Positions 49,746 to 61,565 of a stretch of 64,000 nt of DNA are shown here, piece after piece. This DNA comes from Octopus sinensis (Eukaryota), in contig NC_042997.1 of NCBI RefSeq assembly GCF_006345805.1, positions 116,436,001 through 116,500,000 on the forward strand, written 5' to 3'. A program made the position numbers and the translations under genes. Position 1 is the first letter of the stretch, and each line of letters opens with the position of its first letter. A model generated the notes under the pieces. That model made no database searches. It was not told the DNA's origin and saw only the letters and a program-made list of their open reading frames with translations.

Positions 49746-49955
49746 TTGTGTGTCTGTGTTTGTTCCCCTAACATCGCTTGACAACCGATGCTGGTGTGTT
49801 TATGTCCCCGTAACTTAGCGGTTCAGCAAAATAGACAGATAGAATAAGTACTAGGCTTACAAAGAATAAGTCCTGGGGTCGATTTGCTCAACTAAAAAAG
49901 GCGGTGCTCCAGTATGGCCACAGTCAAATGACTGAAACAAGTAAAAGAATAAAAG
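49546..49955 (+). mobile_element. SINE family A
   Basis: Full-length copy. Confidence 0.88.
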
Positions 49956-50019
49956 AATAGTGGCATTGAGAATAACTATCTGCTAGTCTTCTACTAAATA
50001 TCTTTGTACAGGTCCGTGT

Positions 50020-50531
50020 ATTGTGACCTCCTTCGGTCATGAATGACCATGGAATTGCACCTAGAAAGTTATCCTCCGAGGAACAAGTCTGGGCAAGGTT
50101 GTTTATGGAAGACCAGCAGTCGCCCACACATACCAGCCTCCCCTCTCCACGCCACCAATGTTATCCAAGGGAAAAGCAAAGGCCGATACAGCTTGGCACC
50201 AGTGACGTTGCAGCTCATTTATTAACGCGCAAGTGGCTGAGCATTCCACAGACACGTGTACCCTTATCTCCTCGGGGAGATTCAGTGTGACACAGAGTGT
50301 GACAAGGCTGGCCCTTTGAAATACAGGTATGACAGAAACAGGAAGAAAGAGTGAGAGAAAGTTGTGGTGAACGAGTACAGCAGGGTTCATCACCACCCCC
50401 TGCCAGAGCCTCGTGGAGCTTTAGGTGTTTTCGTTCAATAAACACTCACAATGCCCGGTCTGGGAATAGAAACCGCGATCCTACGACTGCGAGTCCGCTG
50501 CCCTAACCACTGGGCCATTGCGCCTCCACAG
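50020..50531 (-). mobile_element. SINE family D, tail type 3
   Basis: Same head and body as 23103-23480, then switches to gagctgcaacgtcactgg...cattcatgaccgaaggaggtc. Confidence 0.82.
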
Positions 50532-50648
50532 GCCAGTGTATACAGGTTTGGATAAATGGTCAAACTTGACCAATGGGCCCTGACAAAGCAAATAAAAAGA
50601 AGGAAGAAGTTGTGGATAATGACCACAGATGTATAGAGTTGCACTTAC

Positions 50649-50747
50649 CTCTCCGCTAAAAATGGATATCAGTTGGTCCATAACAGATTGTTTATTTGAG
50701 ATATAGGAACACAAACTTGGTAAAACTTGGCAGCATGAATAAATTAC
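50649..50747 (-). CDS. STK36: STK36 exon 4 in window (VIYSCCQVLPSLCSYISNKQSVMDQLISIFSGE)
   Basis: Acceptor tttaatttaatctag|GTA, donor GAG|gtaagt; 99 nt. Resembles recalled human KVLYSCCLVSEGLC. Confidence 0.9.
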
Positions 50748-50869
50748 CTAGATTAAATTAAACGACACAGACAATTAAAAGGAGAGATAAAAAAAATAAT
50801 GCAAAAATGATCAAAGACAAAAAACAAAGGTCAAAAGATATAAATTTTGAATTAATCAGTGTCAAATTA

Positions 50870-51440
50870 ATCACAGAACTTCAGGCAATCCAACGAAGCT
50901 ACACGAAGAAGATAGCCTCTATGCAGCATATAAGCTATTGGGAAAGACTCAAGAGATTAAGACTCTATCCCTTAGAGCGTAGGCGAGAAAGATATGCCAT
51001 AATATACATCTGGAAGATCCTGGAAGGACTTGTCCCAAACTTTGGCATCGAAAGTTACACAGATACTAGAACTGGGCGCCACTGCATAGTGCCAAGGACT
51101 CCAAATTTGCCATCAAGATGTAGGACAAGATACTGCAATAGCCTGGGCTTCAGAAGTTCACAGCTCTTCAATATCCTCCTGAAGGATGTGAGAGACCTGC
51201 ATGGGGTGGATGCGGATGTCTTTAAAATAAAGCTGGATCTCTTCCTGTCAGGTGTCCCAGATGAACCAACTTCACGGCAGGAGGTGCAGATGAGGGCAGC
51301 TGCATCAAACTCTCTCATGCACCAAATGTCAATTGCTAAAAAGCATTCATGAAGTAAAATCATGTAGCAACGCCGAATGGCGGTGCCCCAGCATGGCCAC
51401 AGCTCGTGAGCTGAAACTAGATGAAAATGAAAAAAAAAAT
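50870..51440 (+). mobile_element. 5'-truncated CR1/L2-like LINE
   Basis: ELQAIQRSYTKKI...SYWERLKRLRLYPLERRRERYAIIYIWKILEGLVPN...LFNILLKDVR...FKIKLDLFLSGVPDEP*, then a 3' UTR with a stem-loop and an A-rich end. Confidence 0.9.
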
Positions 51441-51501
51441 CATTTTGTACAAAAAAGAAAATGATCTTGATAATCTTAAAAGCCACATCATAACAGATAT
51501 A

Positions 51502-51638
51502 TCATCATCATTTAGCGTCCGCTTTCCATGCTAGCATGGGTTGGACGGCTCAACTAAGGTCTGGGAAACCAGAAGGCTGCACCAGGCCCAGTCTGATCTG
51601 GCAATGTTTCTATGGCTGGATGCCCTTCCTAACGCCAA
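51502..51638 (-). mobile_element. Short RTE 3' end with about 18-bp TSD
   Basis: Flanked by acat(c/t)ataacagatatat at about 51485-51502 and about 51644-51661. Confidence 0.85.
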
Positions 51639-52284
51639 ATTATACATTATAACAGATATATATTCAATTAAAATATATAAACACAGGGCTATCACAGGTA
51701 ACTATTTCTTAGTAATAAAGCATCGAAGGGAATAGCTGCAAGTATTTTTAATTAATGGGTATTGTGTCTTTTCTTTTATCTGTTTATTGATTTCATTCAT
51801 TAGACTATGGCTGTGCTGGGGCACCACCTTGAAGAATTTTAGTCAATCGAATTGACCCCAGTACTTATTCTATTGGTCCCGTTTGCCAAACTGCTAAGTT
51901 ACAGGGACATGAACACACTATCACCAGTAGTTAAGTGGTGGTGGTGGGGGGGGGGGATAAACACAAAGACACACACACAATATAATAGGCTTCTTTCAGT
52001 TTCTATCTACTGAATCTGTGCTAGGTTTTTGTTCCTTATTTTTCGTCCTATTGGTTTGGAGTGGATATCCCTCTCTCTCTTTCGGAGAGGCACAAGCACC
52101 TACACGCACATATACACACACGGTAGTAACTTCCACCTACCGAATTCAATCACAAAGCTCCGGTCGGCTCGGGGCTATAGTGGAAGACACCTACCCAGAG
52201 TGCCACGCAGTGGGACTGAACCCGAAACCATGTAGCTAGGAAGCAATGATGATGATGAATATATATATACACACACACACACAT

Positions 52285-52680
52285 AGGTGTAGGAGCAGCT
52301 GTTTGGTAAGTAGTCTGCTTACCAACCACATGGTTGCAGGTTAAGTCCCACTGTGTGGCACCTTGGGCAAGTGTCTTCTACTATAGCCTCAGGCCAACCA
52401 AAGCCTTGTGAGTGGATTTGGTAGATGGAAACTGAAAGAAGCCCTTCGTATATATGTATATATATGTGTGTGTATAAGTTTGTGTGTCTGTGTTTGTCCC
52501 TCCAACATCGCTTGACAACCGATGCTGGTGTGTTTACATCCCCATAACTTAGCGGTTCGGCAAAAGTGACTAATAGAATAATTACTAGTCTTACAAAGAA
52601 TAAGTCCTGGGGTTGATTTGCTCGACTAAAGGCAGTACTCCAGCATGGCCACAGTCAAATGACTGAAACAAGTAAAAGAG
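52285..52680 (+). mobile_element. SINE family A
   Basis: Full-length copy. Confidence 0.88.
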
Positions 52681-52855
52681 TACACACACATAGGCTTCCA
52701 TACAGTTTCCATCTACCAATTTCACTCACATGGCATTGGTTGGCCTGAGGTAATAGCAGAAGACACTTTCTCCAGAAGCTGTGCAGTGAGACTGAACCTG
52801 GAACCTCGTAAAGTGAGCTTCTAACCCACATAGCTATGCCCACACCTATTTTCTT

Positions 52856-52942
52856 AAAATACAGAATGCTTCATGAATTTGCACGTCATCCTCGTGCAGG
52901 GACCATGCTCATCTTCTCTGCATCATTCTAATTTTTGTATAT
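52856..52942 (-). pseudogene. 5'-truncated U6 snRNA pseudogene
   Basis: Minus strand reads ATATACAAAAATTAGAATGATGCAGAGAAGATGAGCATGGTCCCTGCACGAGGATGACGTGCAAATTCATGAAGCATTCTGTATTTT, colinear with U6. It lacks the 5' stem-loop, has GCAGAGA instead of ACAGAGA, and carries several CpG-type transitions. Confidence 0.92.
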
Positions 52943-53064
52943 ATATTTCCAAAGTAATATAAACATTTATCTCCATATACATGCCACTGGCACAGGGGCC
53001 AGATGAGGCTGGCAAACGGCCACCACATAAAATGCACCAACCAATCATGGCCATTTGCCAGGCC

Positions 53065-53267
53065 CCTCTGTCCCCTGTGCTGGTGGCATGTAAAAAGCAC
53101 CCACTACACTCACAGAGTGGTTGGCGTTGTGAAGAGCATCCAGCTGTAGAAACATTGCCAGATCAGACTGGAGCCTGGCGCAGCCTCCTGGCTTCCCAGA
53201 CTCTGGTCAAACCGTCCAACCCATGCTAGCATGGAAAATGGACGTTAAACGATGATGATGATGATGA
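53065..53267 (+). mobile_element. RTE 3' end
   Basis: Conserved tail plus (GAT)n. Confidence 0.85.
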
Positions 53268-54560
53268 TACCCGGTATCTTCATCTACACATACAGCAACA
53301 GCTAAAACTTGTGCTACCATAATAGATATGCCATATTGTATATCTCCATTATACATAGCTTGCTGCTTGGCATAACAATAACTGATTAACTGACCTAACT
53401 GCCAGCAGCATGTTATTTATGCAAATTGGATTTTCCAGTTTAGTGAGGTCTTTAATTGAAGCGGCTATATATATATGTATATATAGAATTTCTTCATGGA
53501 GAGAAGACAATCATATACATGGTTTACTCTGTACTGCATAGCACATCAATAATAAACTTCAGAAGTATTGTATAGGACAAGATTAAAATTAACAGAAGGG
53601 TTTGATTTGCATAGATGATATTCAATAGACCAAAGAAAGCAAAGAGCAAAGATTAATTTACTGGATCCGAAATTAATGAAAAGATCAACAACAGAGATAA
53701 ATGCTGTTTAATGGCCATATATTATCATCTTATAAATCAATGCAAATATGAATATTTACTCTTTATGTAGACTTTATCAAATTATCTTCTTAAAATAGAA
53801 AATTGATTTAAAATCATCATATTCTGAGCAAGTGTTTACAATGCTTTCCTGCAGAAAATAATTATACAATTAGATACAAATGATTAATTTTTACTTCATG
53901 AAATTATTTATAACGAAATAATAAATGTTTGGACTTTTAGAAAGTGTTACCATAATAATCACTCAAGAGTCACAAATAACAATAAAACAGAATATTGGCA
54001 GTAAGCCAACTTGCTTCTATGAGCAGCACCGCATATGCACAGCTGGGTGTGGGCGAAGTTGTGGTACACAACAATGGAGAATACAAGACCATTTGAATAA
54101 TTGACAATTTTTATCATTATGGAATTATGACAATGGATATTTTATTATAGAAAATATTCAATAATGATAACAATACTTAATTATTAATGTTAGCAGCCAT
54201 TAAAACTAAAGTATAAACAACACCATTGCCATCATTTAACATTCGCTCTTTGTGCTGGTATGGGCTGGATGGTTTGAGTGGAACTGGTAAGCTGGTTAGC
54301 TGCACCAGGTTCCAGTCTGATTTGGTATGGTTTCTACAGCTGCATGCCCTTCCTTATGCCAACCACTTCAAGAGTGTAGTGGAGTGCCTTTTATGTGCCA
54401 CTGAATCCAAAACCACATGATGCAGTGCAAGACCATTACCCACACAGCCATGCTCACACCAATAGAAAATATATATAACCAAAAGCATTCTGGAGCTGAT
54501 GACAGAGTATTATTTATTAAAACTGAAGGGGAGAAACACGGATAAAGAGTTAATACTTAC

Positions 54561-54668
54561 AGTGAGAACATTTCCAGTGATGGGAGAGGAGGAGATCAAA
54601 TTCAGGAAGTGATCTGTCACAGTCTGATGGTTTTCAGAAACCATTAATTCTGCAAGGTCCATAGCCAA
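54561..54668 (-). CDS. STK36: STK36 exon 3 in window (LAMDLAELMVSENHQTVTDHFLNLISSSPITGNVLT)
   Basis: Acceptor attctttatttactctag|TTG, donor ACT|gtaagt; 108 nt, phase 0/0, open. Confidence 0.87.
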
Positions 54669-54944
54669 CTAGAGTAAATAAAGAATAAAATTAATGGTTC
54701 TGCTGTCTAACATAAACACAAGATGAAATGTTTGAAGGATGGGTGTACATGATTATATAAATATCAGCATCCTTTTGATGCTGATGTCCACTTTTCTAGT
54801 TTTTTTTTTAAGCAGATTTTCTAGAGTGGGGTGCTCTTCCTGTTGCCAACCCCTGCCTGTTTCCAAGCAAGACAGGTTTTGATAGAATATTGGAAATGTA
54901 TGACATTTATTTACAACAATCTTATGATGTCAAAACAAGAAGAC

Positions 54945-55325
54945 ACGTGATTGTGTGGTATGAAGCTTACTTCTCAACTATATGGTTCCGGGTTCAGTCC
55001 CACTGTGTGGCACCTTGGGTAAGTGTCTTCTACTATAGCCTCAGGCTGACCAAAGCCTTGTGAGTGGATTTGGTAGACGGAAACTGAAAGAAGCCCATCA
55101 TATATATGTGTGTGTATGTGTGTCTTTGTGTGTCTATGTTTGTCCCCTCCATCATCGCTTGACAACTGATGCTGGTGTGTTTACATCCCAATAACTTAAT
55201 GGTTCAGCAAAAGAGAGACTGATAGAATAAGTACTAGGTTTACAAAGAATAAATCCTGCAGTCAATTTGTTTGACTAAAGGCAGTGCTCCAGCATGGCCA
55301 CAGTCAAATGACTGAAACAAGTAAA
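54945..55325 (+). mobile_element. SINE family A
   Basis: Near-full-length copy. Confidence 0.85.
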
Positions 55326-55624
55326 ATAATACACATGACAGGCTCTTTTCAGTTTCCATTTACCAAATCCATTCACAAGGAATTCGTTGACAAAGGGCTA
55401 CTGTAGAAGACACTTTCCCAAGGTGTTATAGAGTGGGATTGAACCAAAAGGCATGTGGTTAGGAAGCAGGCATCTCAACTACTTAGCCATGCCTGCATCT
55501 ATTAACTCCAACGCTTATTTGTCTGCCCCTGAAAGATTACAGGTAAATAAATGTCAGCGAGTTTGAACTTAGCACAAAGAAATGTGAGCATGTATATATC
55601 ACATGATTGACTAGAGTCTAGTCG

Positions 55625-55854
55625 ATGTAGTTCCCAAACTTTTTCAGGCTGCTCCCCAACACAAATGTAGACCACTTTCTGCAGCAAATTCAAAACAACT
55701 GTATTTCACAAATAAAACTTAAACCTAATTAACCAATTAATATTTTTAATTTTTGTTTACATCTACCCCATTATCATCCCACTTTTCTTCAATGCCACTC
55801 TAGATCTTTCCACTACCCGCAAGGGGGCAGTACTGCCCACTTTGAGAACCACTG
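55625..55854. mobile_element. hAT/Charlie-type MITE
   Basis: gtagttcccaaactttt ... cactttgagaaccactg with CTAG-centred flanks (gtctagtc / gactagac). Confidence 0.6.
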
Positions 55855-56077
55855 GACTAGACTATCAAATGTTGATATACCTCACTGATCACAATGCACT
55901 TTGCATTGTTTCTTTAGTTTTCAAATTGCTGGCAAAGTGAGCAGGCCAACATCTCCCGTGATCAGAAGGCTATTCTGCTGCAGAGTCACTCAGTGGAGCA
56001 ACATGAAATAAAGTGTTTTGCTGAAGATCACAATGTGCCATTCAGTCCGGGAATTGAACTCATTATCACTAGATTGG

Positions 56078-56110
<33 letters not shown>

Positions 56111-56119
56111 GAGCAACAA

Positions 56120-56531
56120 GGTGGCTATCGTTGCCAGAGCAACAAGCTGGCTGCCATGCCGGTGGCATGCAAAAAACACCATTCGAGCATGATCGTTACC
56201 TGCGTTGCCTTACTGGCACTTGTGCCAGTGGCACATGAAAAAAACATTCGAGCAAGGTTGTTGCCAGTGCCGCTAGACTGGCTCCTGTGCAGGTGGCACA
56301 TAAAATGCACCATTTGAGCATGACTGTTGCCAGTAGCACCTGACTGGCCCTTGTGCCAGTGTCATGTAAAAGCACCCACTACACTCTCGGAGTGGTTGGC
56401 GTTAGGAAGGGTATCCAGCTGTAGAAACTCTGCCAGATCAGATTTTTGAGCCTGGTGCAGCCATCTGGTTTATCAGACCTCAGTCAAATAGTCCAACCCA
56501 TGCTAGCATGGAAAGTGGACGTTAAAAGATG

Positions 56532-56532
<1 letters not shown>
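56120..56532 (+). mobile_element. RTE 3' end
   Basis: Tandem units plus tail. Confidence 0.82.
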
Positions 56533-56584
<52 letters not shown>

Positions 56585-56701
56585 CAATAAGAAAATGAAG
56601 GAAATCAATAGGTGGTTCATCAACTTTTAGACATTATATTATGTCAATTTATTTATTTATTTACTAAAATGACAATTTTTTATCTATTATGTATGTATTT
56701 A

Positions 56702-56764
<63 letters not shown>

Positions 56765-56874
56765 ATGAACTTACTTCTGAGAATTTTGTTAGTAGCTCTG
56801 CTGATTTTACTTTCAACCATCCTTATAAAATTAATAATTGTTAAGAGCAATACTGTGTTTCATGTCGTACTTAC

Positions 56875-56996
56875 CCTTCTCTTACTCTGATCTTCAGGAG
56901 AATTAGCGAGGGGCAAATGAACCATGAGGGACAAACAAGATACACACAGGTAGGTTTCGCTTTCACTACTTAGAGATGAACTAACCTCAGGTGTTT
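56875..56996 (-). CDS. STK36: STK36 exon 2 in window (K-TPEVSSSLSSESETYLCVSCLSLMVHLPLANSPEDQSKRR)
   Basis: Acceptor ttttttctcatttctcaag|AA, donor AGG|gtaagt; 122 nt, phase 1 to 0, in frame with both neighbours. Confidence 0.88.
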
Positions 56997-58754
56997 CTTG
57001 AGAAATGAGAAAAAATTTACAAATGAATGAATGAATAAATAAATAATGAATTCATTAGTATGCAAAAACAAATGGAAAACTGCAAACTAGCAGCTCTAGG
57101 GATATTTTATTTTATTATGTTGAAGATTTAATTTTATTCATCACATTTAAAAAAAAAAATTTGTTTGAATTGAAATCTCCAGTGCTTTAGGAAATTATAT
57201 TTGAAACATATATTTCTAAATAATGTGAATTCTATTTTAAACAACTGCACAATATAAAATGATTTGAAATGTTGACAAAAGGCCAGCAATCTGATGGAAG
57301 GAGCTAAGTCAATTACACTGACCCCAGTGTATAACTGGTACTTATTTTAATGACCCTCAAAAGGATGAAAGGCAAAGTTGACCTTGGTGGAATTTGAGCT
57401 CAGAGCTTAAAGATGGATGAAATGCCACTGAGCATTTTGCCCGGCATGCTACAAGTTATATAAAATTAAATACACGAAGGTCAGAATAATAGATTTCTGA
57501 ATTATTTCATAAATAAAAATCTTGATAAGATTGTAGCAAGTTAACAGACTATTAGCAAGAGTTTGGGTATTAATTCAGCAGACATTGTCAAGTGAAAACA
57601 AAATCTAAATGATGATAATGATAATAATAATAAGTTGCCCATTCCCCTCTCAAAAGAGCTTTTTTTTTTGTCTTGCAAGTATTTGGTAACCCTGTCAGTG
57701 CAGGTGCCATTTAAAAGCACCCAGTCCACACTGTATGGTGGTTGACATTTGGAAGGGCATCCAGCTGTAAAAACCTTACCAAAACTGACCTCACCTGTGC
57801 TTGTGCCACGTAAAAAGTACTAAGTCCACTCTGCCAGGTGGTTGGTGATAGTAAGGGCATCCAGCTGTAAAACCCTTGTCAAAACAGTTAGAGAAGCCTG
57901 GTGCAGGCTTCTGCCTGGCCGGCTCTTGTCAAACCGTCCCACCCATGCCACAATGGAAGGCAGACGTTAAATGATGATGATGATAATGATGTAAACTGTT
58001 TGCACTTAGAATAACCAATGAATTTGTGAAGCAGCATTATAAATAATCTACAAAAACCAATTTATAAAATGTAAAATATTTTACTTCAAGTTGAACATTT
58101 CCAAACTTGTTGGAATAAAAGCTAAAATATAAACAACCAAATTAATGAAGATATGCACATCACGTTAGATTGCTGTGTTATCAAGGATAAATCATGTGAT
58201 TCTTCTCCGGCAGCTATTGATTAGAAACCAGATGCTTGCAAGAATTCTTTCAAATATTAATAGTTCTAATTTTTCAGAGTCTTTTCCAGACGCTACATGT
58301 GAAGACATGTGGCAGTTTGCCTTGCTAGATTTATTTCTGATGTTTTAAAAAAATCTGTCTTAAAAAAACTGTTCTTTAGTAACATTGAAGCTAATACTGT
58401 TACACAGTGAAAAGCAATGTGGCTCTGTGATTAGGCTGTTTGGCTCATAATCACAAGAATGTAGGTTTGATTCCCAGACCAGGCAGCATGCTATGTCCTT
58501 GAGGAAAGCATTTTATATCTGTGCATCACTCCACTCTAATCAACTGATGATGAGTACCAGCTGGAGCAGTCCTTTTTCCCTCCAGCTGTCACATCGTCAG
58601 TATCTCACAGGTCAAATGAGAAATTTGTTTGATTTGATTTTAACATAATGAAACTTTTTCTTTTGAAAATTAATATTCATTTCATGAGAAGAGTGTTGTA
58701 GTTTGCTTGAAGCATTGTAGTACAGAAACAGAATAATGAACATCAACATTAAAA

Positions 58755-59103
58755 AATCAAATGGAAATTGTAGTTGTGATACCTGTGCCGGTGGCATGTA
58801 AAAAGCACCATCCGAACGTGGACGATGCCAGCACTGCCTTGACTGGCTTCCGTGCCAGTGGCATGTAAAAAGCACCAACCGATTGTGGCCACTGCCAGCC
58901 TCCTCTGGGCCCTGTGCCAGTGGCACATAAAAAGCATCCACTACACTCACGGAGTGGTTGGCATTAGGAAGGGCATCCAGCTGTAGAAACACTGCCAGAT
59001 CAGACTGGAGCCTGGTGCAGCCTCCTGGCTTCCCAGACCCCAGTTGAACCGTCCAACCCATGCTAGCATGGAAAACGGACATTAAACGATGATGATGATG
59101 ATG
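58755..59103 (+). mobile_element. RTE 3' end
   Basis: Part of the 3' UTR, three units and tail. Confidence 0.85.
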
Positions 59104-59934
59104 AATGAAATGAGAAACACAGAAAGCTGCTCATGATGCAGAAAGCTTTTTAAATTCCTTTATATTTCAGGTGCAGCAAAGGCCTACCTTCAAAAAAATA
59201 GAGTTCAGGAAATGTGTGTCTACATAGATCCTGTCATTTTAGATAGCCTGATGGGCAGAGACCCTGTTTTAGTATGGTGCCTGTGTTAGTAGCAGCAGCT
59301 CCCAATATGCTGGTGTTGCTGGTGCCATAGAGATCACATTCATTGATTTCATCATTTTGTTTAAGTACCAAGAAATTTGATAAAAGTTTAAATTCTAATT
59401 ATTATATCTAGGTCATAGTTCCTGATATTACCCACAATGGTAAAAGGATGCTTCCAAAAATTACTCATCACATGATGGGTAATGCTTGTGTGTGTGTGTG
59501 TTCACTTTCCAACCAAATGCTTCCAGGTTCAGTTCCACAGTACGGCACCTTATACAGATGTCTTATGCTATACTCTTTGCTTGACCAAAGTTTTGTGAGT
59601 GAATTTGGTAGGCAGAAACTGAAAGAAGCCCGTGTGAGTGTGTGTGTATTTGTGTGCCTCTACCACTTGATAACCAGTGTTATGTTTACATCCCTTTAAC
59701 ACCAGGCCTTTTAAAAGTTTCTGTTTACCAAATCCACTCAAAGCTTTGATCAGCCTGAGGCAATAATAGATATTTGCCCAAGGTGCCATGCAGTGGGACT
59801 GAATTCAAGACCTCATGGTTGGGAAGCAAATTTTTGGAGCTGTACAGTTATATCAGTATCTCTACAAGGATTGTGTAGAAATTTCTGAGAACAATGAATA
59901 AAAAAAAAAACATGAAAATATTGAACACACTTAC

Positions 59935-60085
59935 TTGCATGTGTATTAGAAATGGCAGCATTTTGGTATGAAGAAATAAATATAGACTGAAGAGTCTGGG
60001 ATGATTTCGATGATAAATTCGAATAAAATGTCCCGGAAATTCCAAGTTTACTGCGATCCATTGTTTCGCAAATATAACGAAGACA
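59935..60085 (-). CDS. STK36: STK36/Fused internal exon 1 of 11 in window (CLRYICETMDRSKLGISGTFYSNL...SNTHA)
   Basis: Acceptor ttttattgtgcag|TGT, donor GCAA|gtaagt; 151 nt, phase 0 to 1. Resembles recalled human STK36 [24 protein letters not shown]. Confidence 0.9.
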
Positions 60086-60221
60086 CTGCACAATAAAATA
60101 TGAGAAAAACATTACGATGGCTTATGTATAACTAAAATGAAAGAAACTCAAAATAGTTTTTTTGGTTTTTAATTTTCTGTGGTGCAAAGATTAACAAAAC
60201 AGAAATTCTATAATTTTTCAG

Positions 60222-60252
<31 letters not shown>

Positions 60253-60477
60253 GCTTAGTTCTGCTGTTCACAAACTGAATTCACAGAAATTTACTTGTTT
60301 CAGAGGATTAGTAGAGGGGAGGTGCGACGATGTTCTTGAGGAGACTGGGTGTCAACAGGGAATATCTGACTAGCCTATTCAGGACCACTTTTGAGCCAGG
60401 ACCTACAGACAGTTTCCACAAATCCTTGTTCATGGCAGTGCTATTAGGAAACATTTCCTATCCAAGATGAGATCTTG

Positions 60478-60858
60478 GTAAGTAGCTTGCTTACCAACCA
60501 CATGGTTCTTGGTTCAGTCCCACTGTGTGGCACCTTGGGCAAGTGTCTTCTACTATAGCCACGAGCCGACCAAAGACTTGTGAGTGGATTTGGTAGATGG
60601 AAACTGAAAGAAGCCCGTCGTGTATATGTGTGTATGTGTGTGTTTGTGTGTGTGTGTTTGTGTGTCTGTGCTTGCCCCCCCAATATCGCTTGACAACCGA
60701 TGCTGGTGTGTTTAAATCCCCATAACTTAGAGGTTCGGCAAAAGAGACCGATAGAATAAGTACTAGGCTTACAAAGAATAAGTCCTGGGGTTGACTTGCT
60801 CGACTAAAGGCAGTGCTCCAGCATGGCCGCAGTCAAATGATTGAAACAAGTTAAAGAG
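60478..60858 (+). mobile_element. SINE family A
   Basis: Near-full-length copy. More decayed copies at about 19150, 28830, 33828, 41020, 51790, 59490 and 61570. Confidence 0.85.
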
Positions 60859-60859
60859 C

Positions 60860-61565
60860 AAAAGAGACAGATCAAGAAACACTGAACCGACCTGCCCGAG
60901 ATATGGTCAGAATGATGAAACTGTTCTGCATGCACTCGTGCAATGTCAAAATATTTCAGACCTGTGGGCCTATGTTGAATGGCTGCTGTCATGTTGGGAT
61001 GAGTCTGGTTGTCACCTGAGTCTATCATAAATATTGCCCTGCCACCTTCCTTTACTAGGAAGGCAAAGTGCTGGTGGCTACAGCGAAAGAATGTGTATAG
61101 TGGACTCGTTTGAAAGGCTTAGAAACAAATACTTTCCTCTCTGGTCAACCTCTCATCAACTTTTTCAAGTATTACTTGAAAATGAAAGTGAGATTAGAGA
61201 GGGAAGTTTTATCTAATGAAAAGTTTAATAAAAGGTGGCTGAATGTAGCAAGGATGGTATGCATGAATGACAGACCTACTTTGAGCATGAACCCATAAAA
61301 CAAAAAGAGAAAGGGCGCTTTGCTCTCATGTTTTTTTTCTGAGGTTACCATGGTTTTTTCATAGGTTTTTCTTTCCACAGAAAAGCCTAGTCAATGTTCT
61401 ATTTTCTCCCTCTTTTGAGGATTCGTGTTGTTAAAACGTTACCTTGTTATCTCTGTGTACACGTCCCAAAATGTTTTCAATCCCTATTGATCAGTTTTGA
61501 AAAGAAAAATTCTACATTGTATTGCTCCCTCCATGTTTGGCCCTGCATGGCTTAATAAAGAAATC
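60860..61565 (+). mobile_element. Tx1/L1-like LINE 3' fragment
   Basis: ETVLHALVQC (H-x-x-x-x-C knuckle end), LWAYV, LINFFKYYLKMKVRLERE...FNKRWLNVARM*, then a T-rich 3' UTR ending ttaataaagaaa. Confidence 0.7.

Noticed and set aside
50450-50531. tRNA-like sequences (also about 2980-3051, 23103-23175, 26690-26764)
   Set aside because: SINE heads: they run directly into SINE bodies and lack a complete acceptor stem.
50807-51352. 181-aa ORF as a host gene (likewise 7472-8763, 3722-4288, 11445-11804, 12640-12939)
   Set aside because: Truncated transposon ORFs whose ATGs come from flanking DNA.
58170-58347. Plus-strand open stretch with LLRQLLI and LFQTL, echoing the candidate micropeptide
   Set aside because: No promoter, start context or donor; the similarity is within chance for AT-rich DNA.
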